DNA of 64,000 nucleotides from a virus. Below the pieces are notes generated by a model. That model did not search any database. It was not told the origin of the DNA and worked only from the letters and a program-made list of their open reading frames with translations. The stretch spans positions 1 to 64,000 of the IMG/VR virus record IMGVR_UViG_3300045450_000055. The stretch is one strand, 5' to 3'. The position numbers and the translations under genes are program-made. Of the stretch, positions 57,804 through 64,000 are shown one piece after another. Numbering within the stretch: the stretch's first letter is position 1; the number at the start of each line of letters is the position of its first letter.

Positions 57804-58228
57804 AAGCCACCGAGACGAGCTATCACCTAGTTTCCATGATGTTTCCACCGCAGAAATGCTAGTCGCCTCATGTCCTCTCATGCCGCTAAGCACTACTAGA
57901 ACGGTTGATTCAGGAGGTTCTAAATCCCCTGACCAACTGATTGACGCCCTCGACCGCTAAGTCTCGAACCTTCAACCTTGTGCTTTGTCATCAACAACTG
58001 GTAGTTAGTGCAGAGCTTCGGGTACTACCCCGACGTTTAGTGAACACCGTTGGCCTCCACCTATCCCTTACGGGCCTCATTCTACCAGCAGCCTATCTCC
58101 TGTCACCAGAAGAAGCCCTCGCGAGCCTAACTGCACCTGCCTGAAATCTCCGGTTGCCCGGCGGAGTTAAGTGGCCTTACCTCCTTTGGGGTTCCTTGCG
58201 GAACCTTGTGCCCCTCAGGCGGGGTGTG
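57804..58228 (-). ncRNA. candidate ~425-nt structured 5' RNA of the same transcription unit
   Basis: starts after promoter 58235..58263; no credible ORF; hairpins e.g. GGTTCC-gcaa-GGAACC, CCGG-gcaa-CCGG. Confidence 0.3.
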
Positions 58229-58234
58229 TCGTTG

Positions 58235-58263
58235 CATCTACAGAACGATGTGACTGTTGTCAA
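58235..58263 (-). promoter_or_regulatory. minus-strand promoter of the 58.2-57.1 kb RNA unit
   Basis: TTGACA-N17-TAGATG. Confidence 0.5.
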
Positions 58264-58372
58264 CAACTTTCTTCGAGGTATCCACATTTTTCTTCGTGTC
58301 AGTCATACTGCCTGATGCGAGGAGAAATGTGGGTGGGAGATGCCTAGACACCTCCCAACCGATTCGCAAGCG

Positions 58373-59137
58373 TTATTCGCCGCCTGCGAGCCAGACCCGG
58401 CGGCCGGTGACCAGCGGACCTTCACCGTTGACCCGCTCGGTCGTCTTACGCGACCAGAAGACCTTGCCGGCCTCCTTGTGGCGCTTGCGGCCCGACGCCA
58501 GCCGATCGTCGGCCTTGTCCTCGTCGGGGATGAAGAACGACGGCCCGACGATCTCGCCCTTGACCTTCTTCGCAGGGGTCAGTTCGCCGAAAGGATACTC
58601 CTCCGGCTTCGGCGCACGGGAGATACGCGTCACCATGGGCATGACCGAGATCAGTACGCCCTTGGTGCCGCCACGCGTCTCCTTGCCCGCCGCCTTGCCA
58701 GACGTGTCGGCATCCTGCCGCTCGGCCGTGCCAGCTTCCTGCGTCTGCTTGCCCTCGTCAGGATCGCGCCCGGACATACGCGCCCGGCTACGGTGAAGTG
58801 CTTCGGACATCGACATGTCCGCCTGCTTCTGCCCGTTGGCACGACCACGCCCCGAACCTGCCGGCTGGGTCTCGACCTTGCCCTTGCGCCGGGGAGCCGG
58901 CTTCTGGACTTCGGCCGCGGCAGCAGCCTGTGCCTGCTTGCCGATCGGGTCGGGCTGCTTGTTCGATGCCCGGCGGTTCGGCTTGGCCGGCGGAGTCTCC
59001 GCTGCCTTGCGACGCGAAGAGGCAGGTGTTGCCGCCTGCGTCTGGGTGTCGGCTGCCTTGCCGCGGCGCTTGGCCGGAGCCGGGACGGGCTCAGCGGCCT
59101 TGCGACGACGTGGGGTGCCTGCTGCTTGTGTTTCCAT
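58373..59137 (-). CDS. highly basic low-complexity protein (histone-H1-like N-terminal half)
   Basis: AAGGAGG RBS before ATG 59137; K/R/A/P-rich repeats; globular C-terminal ~90 aa. Confidence 0.6.
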   Translation of the reverse strand: METQAAGTPRRRKAAEPVPAPAKRRGKAADTQTQAATPASSRRKAAETPPAKPNRRASNKQPDPIGKQAQAAAAAEVQKPAPRRKGKVETQPAGSGRGRANGQKQADMSMSEALHRSRARMSGRDPDEGKQTQEAGTAERQDADTSGKAAGKETRGGTKGVLISVMPMVTRISRAPKPEEYPFGELTPAKKVKGEIVGPSFFIPDEDKADDRLASGRKRHKEAGKVFWSRKTTERVNGEGPLVTGRRVWLAGGE

Positions 59138-59206
59138 GAGATGCCTCCTTTCGTTGCTCGGTGATTCGGTCACTAGGAAGTTCCACGGCAACCGTCAAGA
59201 GAAAAA

Positions 59207-59833
59207 TTAGATTGCCGAAATAAGGTCGAAGGCATCCTCGGAGAACTCGACGTAACGCTCGGTGGTGTCGAGACGGGCATGACCCATCAGGCGCTGCACG
59301 TCACGGAGAGAGCAGTGATGAAGGTTGGCCTCACGGGCGAGCTTGGTTCCGAATGTGCGGCGGCCAGAGTGGCTGCTGGTGCCTTCGAACCCTGCCTCCG
59401 CCAACAGACGCCAGTAGTAGTTGGTCAGGGCGGTGACCGACATACGACGCAGACGAGGGTTCACGGGGATGGGACCACCACGCGTCAGGATGTAACGGAA
59501 AGGCTGGGAGGAGATCGCCGGGTACGTGGCGGTAGGAAAGGCAAGGCGGAAGTCGCCGATCGCCTTACGAAGAAGAGGGTGCATGGGGATCGAGCGCTCA
59601 CGACGCTTCTTACCGACATCCGAGAAGACGTTGATCGTCTTGGCGATCTTACCTTCGGCGTCGAGCATGGCGACCAGATCGATCTTGGCGATCTCGGCGA
59701 CACGGAGCCCGGCCTTGAACGACAGGAGAACGATCAACTTGTCCCGCTCGGGAAGGATCGAGTTCTCGTCGATATGGTGAAGCAGCTTGGCAAGCTGCGA
59801 GTCGTCCAGTGTCTTTGCGCGCTTGTTAGCCAT
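59207..59833 (-). CDS. tyrosine recombinase / phage integrase family (short, catalytic domain only)
   Basis: ..GLRVAEI.., ..HSGRRTFGT.., ..LMGHARLDTTERY.. (R..HxxR..H..Y). Confidence 0.85.
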   Translation of the reverse strand: MANKRAKTLDDSQLAKLLHHIDENSILPERDKLIVLLSFKAGLRVAEIAKIDLVAMLDAEGKIAKTINVFSDVGKKRRERSIPMHPLLRKAIGDFRLAFPTATYPAISSQPFRYILTRGGPIPVNPRLRRMSVTALTNYYWRLLAEAGFEGTSSHSGRRTFGTKLAREANLHHCSLRDVQRLMGHARLDTTERYVEFSEDAFDLISAI

Positions 59834-59868
59834 GTGAAAACTCCCTGCTGACTGTCTCCGATAACCTC

Positions 59869-59897
59869 ACATAGAGTGGGTCGGTGGAGGCTGTCAA
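59869..59897 (-). promoter_or_regulatory. promoter of the recombinase gene
   Basis: TTGACA-N17-CTATGT. Confidence 0.5.
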
Positions 59898-59920
59898 CAG
59901 GGAGTTAAGGAGGAACGTGG

Positions 59921-60322
59921 TTAATGAATGAAAGGGAACGGTGGTGTTGGCACGTCACGCTTGAGGTGATCGAGGTGCCAGTTGATCCGCTGGATGGCTA
60001 GGATCAGGGTTGCCGTGTGGAAATTGAGTTCGTCGGTTGTGATGTGATTGTGATAGTGGAGTCTGCTGTGGTAGTCCAACTGTAGCAGGGCTAGATGCTT
60101 TGTGGCCTCTACCACCGACGTGTCCTTACACCTCACAGCGTTGGTGAAGTCATAGGTGGAAGTGAGATCGATCACCTCACACTCGAAGACTTCAACGACA
60201 TACAGGATGCGATCCTGATTGCTGCACCCATCCGGACCGATCGGCCGGGTATCGTTCATCAGTTCGTAGGTGATCTGTTCACGGTCAAGCACGGGGGATT
60301 CCTTCACAGCGGCATCGTTCAA
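59921..60322 (-). CDS. hypothetical protein (alt GTG start 60292)
   Basis: track ORF; locally lower GC. Confidence 0.55.
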   Translation of the reverse strand: MNDAAVKESPVLDREQITYELMNDTRPIGPDGCSNQDRILYVVEVFECEVIDLTSTYDFTNAVRCKDTSVVEATKHLALLQLDYHSRLHYHNHITTDELNFHTATLILAIQRINWHLDHLKRDVPTPPFPFIH

Positions 60323-60464
60323 ATTCCGGGTCGGTATCGTCGATCAATGCCCCAGCCCAGCCGGGACAGAAATGAAGGGTGTCGTTGAGGAACAGGCACT
60401 CGTCCGGGATGGTCTCCGAGCGCTCGATCTCGTTGCACTTGATGGGGCTAAGTCCGCGGGGCAT
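60285..60464 (-). CDS. hypothetical Cys-rich small protein (59 aa)
   Basis: internal ATG of track ORF 60285..60629; GC3-rich codons. Confidence 0.5.
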   Translation of the reverse strand: MPRGLSPIKCNEIERSETIPDECLFLNDTLHFCPGWAGALIDDTDPEFERCRCEGIPRA

Positions 60465-60645
60465 CTTCGATCCTTGTGTTGCAGCCGTGGATCGGGCAGT
60501 GCTGGTGGTAGCGGAGATAGGTCTTCCAGACCCACTTCCCGTTCTTGTCCTGTATGCGGTGCATGTAGTCGATCCGCTTATCCTCGGGGACCTTACCCTG
60601 ACACAGGCAGTCTTCCGGGTCCCAATCAATACTCTCGTCCGTCAT
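60448..60645 (-). CDS. Cys/His-rich small protein
   Basis: internal ATG of track ORF 60448..60696; DCLCQ...YHQHCPIHGC. Confidence 0.5.
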   Translation of the reverse strand: MTDESIDWDPEDCLCQGKVPEDKRIDYMHRIQDKNGKWVWKTYLRYHQHCPIHGCNTRIEDAPRT

Positions 60646-60672
60646 GCACCGCTCACTGTTATCCAGACTGTC

Positions 60673-60717
60673 ACTATAGCGATTTTGGCTTGACATTGCA
60701 AGCTAAATGGTTATTCA
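60673..60717. promoter_or_regulatory. overlapping divergent promoters
   Basis: minus TTGCAA-N17-TATAGT (60701..60673); plus TTGACA-N16-TATTCA (60690..60717). Confidence 0.55.
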
Positions 60718-60739
60718 GGCTGCCTCACAGGAGACAAAA

Positions 60740-61429
60740 ATGAGCATCGCATCCAGCCTTTCGGCTTTCTTCCGTTCGATCGGGCAGCGGTTCCGTCCCA
60801 AGCCGCAGAACCCCACCAACTTTCCATTCGAAGGTCCCACCATCAGCGCCGACAAGATCGTCGCGTCCGCTATCTCCGCGCCGAAGATCAGTGTCGCGGC
60901 GCTCTCATCGCATACGGCCGAGATCGGCATCCTCAGCGAAGAGACGACCCGCCAGACGTGGGAGCGCTTCGATGCCATCGGCGCGGCGACAGCCGTCCGA
61001 GCTAAACTCCTGACGCAGCAGCAGTCCGATGATTACCTGATGGACTGTAAGGCCCGTTACGAGCGCATCTTCGACGCTTCCGGCGAACTGCGTGGACCTC
61101 ACGAGCGTCACACAGTAGCGCGACCCATCCTCAAGTACGCCCAAGCAACCGTCACGCCGGGGCGGATCGTCATCGCGGGTGATACCAAGCTGGAGGACTG
61201 GCGCTCGCTGCCTGATACCACCGCCATCCACGGCGGTAGCATCACGTCCGGCACGGTTACTGTCGGCAGCCACTCCGCCATCCGCGTCTTCACCACCAAG
61301 CGTGGTAAATTCTTCACCGAGGCGGAGATCGTTTCGGCGCTGGAAGGTCGATCGGTCCGCGCCGCGGGCAAGCTGCTCGATGTCAACTACTCCACCCTCC
61401 ACGGCTGGAAGAAGAAGATCGGTCAGTGA
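60740..61429 (+). CDS. hypothetical protein with C-terminal HTH-like segment
   Basis: ATG after AGGAGAC; ..SVRAAGKLLDVNYSTLHGWKKK. Confidence 0.6.
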   Translation: MSIASSLSAFFRSIGQRFRPKPQNPTNFPFEGPTISADKIVASAISAPKISVAALSSHTAEIGILSEETTRQTWERFDAIGAATAVRAKLLTQQQSDDYLMDCKARYERIFDASGELRGPHERHTVARPILKYAQATVTPGRIVIAGDTKLEDWRSLPDTTAIHGGSITSGTVTVGSHSAIRVFTTKRGKFFTEAEIVSALEGRSVRAAGKLLDVNYSTLHGWKKKIGQ

Positions 61430-61587
61430 TGGTTATCCATAACAATGCCGATGATCCGGACGAGGTGGAAGTGATGGACAAGGTACATTCCCTTCTCATC
61501 CATCACCCGCTCGTCCAGTCGATCAACTCATCGTGGAAAGATGGGATCGAGAAGACCGTCATCACTCTCAGGAAGCCAAAGCAATGA
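61429..61587 (+). CDS. hypothetical small protein (52 aa, below track cutoff)
   Basis: hand-translated MVIHNNADDPDEVEVMDKVHSLLIHHPLVQ..; coupled both ends. Confidence 0.45.
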   Translation: MVIHNNADDPDEVEVMDKVHSLLIHHPLVQSINSSWKDGIEKTVITLRKPKQ

Positions 61588-62051
61588 GCGATTTCCTCAT
61601 CACAGTCGTCGGCGAAGCAGCCACCGGCAAGACGACGATCCTCGATCTGATCCTCAGCACCTTGGCCGACAACGGGCTGCTGACGGTCGGAGATACCAAG
61701 CGCTACACGGAGCATCCCCGGAGCTTCATGGCACACACCCGGATCGACAACACGGACAGCATGGAGTCGATCGACATCGAGATCGACGGCGACGCGCTGA
61801 TGCAGTTCGGCAAGAACATGCGGGACTATCGTGTCGGCATCCCGGACGTTGGGAGTGATGCTCCGACCGAGACGTTCCGCTATGTCGCACGAGAGCATGA
61901 CTCGGGTTGGTGGGTGGTGATCGACACCCAAACAGGACGAGAGATCGATGACAGCGGCGACGGCGGGTTGTTCCCCAAGAACGCAGAGATCATTGCCAAC
62001 GCCCTGAACCGGGCAGGAGCGGACCTGTGTGGGGACTGGTCGAAGCACTAA
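61584..62051 (+). CDS. small P-loop protein
   Basis: Walker A VVGEAATGKTT near N-terminus; internal ATG of track ORF 61533..62051. Confidence 0.55.
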   Translation: MSDFLITVVGEAATGKTTILDLILSTLADNGLLTVGDTKRYTEHPRSFMAHTRIDNTDSMESIDIEIDGDALMQFGKNMRDYRVGIPDVGSDAPTETFRYVAREHDSGWWVVIDTQTGREIDDSGDGGLFPKNAEIIANALNRAGADLCGDWSKH

Positions 62052-62185
62052 GCTAGTACCGCGCCGTGCAGCCTCATCGCCAGCGCCACCCATGCGTCGT
62101 GAGACAGATCGGGCCGGTGAAACGATTTGGACCGCACGGCGCGGCCTATCCCTTCTGACACCACACAGAGTGATTCGCAAGCCCC

Positions 62186-63991
62186 ATGCACATTTACCTA
62201 AAGGATGGCCGGTTCATCGCCGAAGCGCGAGAGGTGGACTGGCCGAAGCTGCGTGAGGCGGGCTTCATCTTCGACCGCGGCCGTCGCCGTTACCAGACCA
62301 GCGACTGGAAGAACGCCGCGACGTTTGTCGATCAGGCGTCGGGTGATGCCTACGATCTGCTCCGGTCTAAACTGGACGAACACGCGGAGGCTATGTCTGC
62401 CTCCTATTCGATGTTCGCCGATGCTGACATCGTACGTCCCCACATTGTTAACCATAAGGGGGAGGTTCTGGATTACCTCCCCTACCAAAAGGCTGGTATC
62501 CTGTACGCCGCTGAGCGTCGGGACACCCTGATTGCCGACAGCCCCGGTCTGGGGAAGACGATCCAAGCGATCGGCCTCATCAACCACCTTGGTCTCCAGA
62601 ACGGCATCATCATCTGCCCGGCGACGCTCAAGCTGAACTGGTTGAAGGAGATGATGAAGTGGCTGGCGGACAAGAACCTTACCGTGGGTGTCGCTTATGG
62701 TAACGATCTACCCGACACCGACTTCATTATTATCAACTACGACATCCTAGCCCGCAACAAAGAGAAGCTGTGGGCGGAGCATTGGGATATCGTGGTGTGT
62801 GACGAGGCACAGTACCTGTCAAATGGAGACTCGAAGAGGACGCAAGCCGTATTCGGTGAGTACAAGTTCGATTTCCAGTCCAAGAAGCTCGTACGAAAGC
62901 CCACCCGGATCAAGGATCGCTGGTCGGAGAAGGTCGTCAAGGTTGCATGTCTACGTGCCGAGTATCGCCTGATGCTGTCCGGTACACCGATGATGAAGCA
63001 GCCCAAGGACATGTGGCCGATGATCCGGGACTTCGATCCCGGTGGTCTCGGTAAGAGTTGGGATGACTTTGCCTTCGAGTATTGCGACGCTGTGATGACT
63101 GGCTTCGGCCTGCAAGCAACCGGTGGGTCCAACCTCGACGAACTCAATGCGATCCTACGCAAGACGTTCATGATCCGCCGGCTCAAGTCGAACGTGTTGA
63201 AGAACCTACCGCCCAAGACTCGTGAAGTCCTTCTCCTCCCCGCGGAGGGGTTGAAGAAGATGATTAAGACCGAGCGCGACAAGTTCACCGATGCACTCGC
63301 TATGCTCGACGCCGCGAACACCGGTATCGAGTACAAGAAGAAGATGGTGCTGGAGGAGGTCGATCCCGGCCTTATGCTCGACACCATGGCTAAGATTCTG
63401 CCGCAGGGCTTCGACGCCCCGGATATGGATGACCTAGACGCTGGGGAATTGACGCCGGGCTTTGCGGCCTACTCGGAAGCACGTCACGATCTGGCGCTGT
63501 CCAAGGTCCCCATGGCGGTGGAACACGTCCAGCGCCTGCTTGATGCCGGTGAGAAGGTGTTGGTGTTCGCGATCCATAAGGACGTGATCGCCGCCATGTA
63601 CGAGAAGTTTCCACAGGCAGGTCGAATCATCGGTGGGATGACTACCAAGAAGGTGGAGGCTGACAAGCTCCGCTTCCAAGGAGACAAGGACAAGGGCCTA
63701 GAGCCTGACCCTGAGTGCAACATCATGCTGCTGAACCTAAAGGCAGGCGGTGTCGGTCATACCCTGACGGAAGCTACCGTGGTGGTCTTCCTCGAACTCT
63801 GGTCGGTGCCGGGTGACATGGAGCAGTGCGAGGATCGCGCCCACCGGATCGGTCTCGAACACAACATCCTTGTGCAATACCTCGTGGTCGATGGCACCAT
63901 GGACGCAATGACGATCCAGACGCTGATTGACCGTATCGCAATGATCCAACAGGCCGTCGATGGTGTCGAGCCTACAATGAAGATGGGGTGA
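62186..63991 (+). CDS. SNF2-family DNA-dependent ATPase/helicase
   Basis: motif I ADSPGLGKT, motif II DEAQYLSN, III LSGTPMMKQP, C-terminal ..LKAGGVGHTLTEA.. and ..QCEDRAHRIG. Confidence 0.85.
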   Translation: MHIYLKDGRFIAEAREVDWPKLREAGFIFDRGRRRYQTSDWKNAATFVDQASGDAYDLLRSKLDEHAEAMSASYSMFADADIVRPHIVNHKGEVLDYLPYQKAGILYAAERRDTLIADSPGLGKTIQAIGLINHLGLQNGIIICPATLKLNWLKEMMKWLADKNLTVGVAYGNDLPDTDFIIINYDILARNKEKLWAEHWDIVVCDEAQYLSNGDSKRTQAVFGEYKFDFQSKKLVRKPTRIKDRWSEKVVKVACLRAEYRLMLSGTPMMKQPKDMWPMIRDFDPGGLGKSWDDFAFEYCDAVMTGFGLQATGGSNLDELNAILRKTFMIRRLKSNVLKNLPPKTREVLLLPAEGLKKMIKTERDKFTDALAMLDAANTGIEYKKKMVLEEVDPGLMLDTMAKILPQGFDAPDMDDLDAGELTPGFAAYSEARHDLALSKVPMAVEHVQRLLDAGEKVLVFAIHKDVIAAMYEKFPQAGRIIGGMTTKKVEADKLRFQGDKDKGLEPDPECNIMLLNLKAGGVGHTLTEATVVVFLELWSVPGDMEQCEDRAHRIGLEHNILVQYLVVDGTMDAMTIQTLIDRIAMIQQAVDGVEPTMKMG

Positions 63992-64000
63992 AGATGAAAA

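Noticed and set aside
59207-59833. Integrase plus nearby tRNAs as evidence for a prophage end or attachment site
   Set aside because: I saw no direct repeat of a tRNA 3' end or other att-like duplication in the window. Phage-like genes continue on both sides.
1-64000. CRISPR arrays, rRNA genes, IS elements with transposases
   Set aside because: None were seen. The only repeats are the promoter cassettes, the 65-bp duplication, the tRNA-Glu duplication and the inverted-repeat modules described above.

Overview
This 64-kb window looks like a slice of a large, GC-rich tailed-phage or phage-like genome from an alphaproteobacterial host. The host call rests on alpha-type TTGACN / GCTA-like promoters, a circularly permuted two-piece tmRNA and a PEPxxWA-type PEP-CTERM protein, which together hint at a sphingomonad. 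Genes are tightly packed and often share ATGA/TGATG stop-start overlaps. There are three blocks: a plus-strand block (1-39.8 kb), a minus-strand block (39.9-60.7 kb) and a second plus-strand block (60.7-64 kb).

Recognisable functions:
- RNA repair and translation upkeep: RtcB, an RlaP-like nucleotidyltransferase next to a P-loop kinase, and a Pth2-type peptidyl-tRNA hydrolase. I folded 29 tRNA genes by hand; together they cover all 20 amino acids. There is also a two-piece tmRNA.
- NAD salvage: NadV/NAMPT, an NMNAT-Nudix fusion and a NudC-like Nudix hydrolase.
- A VWA-TerB-TerC-like operon.
- A primase/SF3 helicase, an SNF2 helicase, a GH24 lysozyme and a BCS1-like AAA+ ATPase.
- An HslV/proteasome-like peptidase, a minimal 2-TM K+ channel and a small tyrosine recombinase.

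Most worth a second look:
- Several promoter-driven, ORF-free, densely base-paired segments of 0.4-0.85 kb sit inside the tRNA/tmRNA operons.
- CCA-ending tRNA-like hairpins lie within the tRNA arrays.
- A 13-fold repeated promoter-leader cassette has a nearly invariant spacer.

All RNA ends and small-ORF coordinates were derived by hand and may be off by a few nt. No database search or folding program was run.
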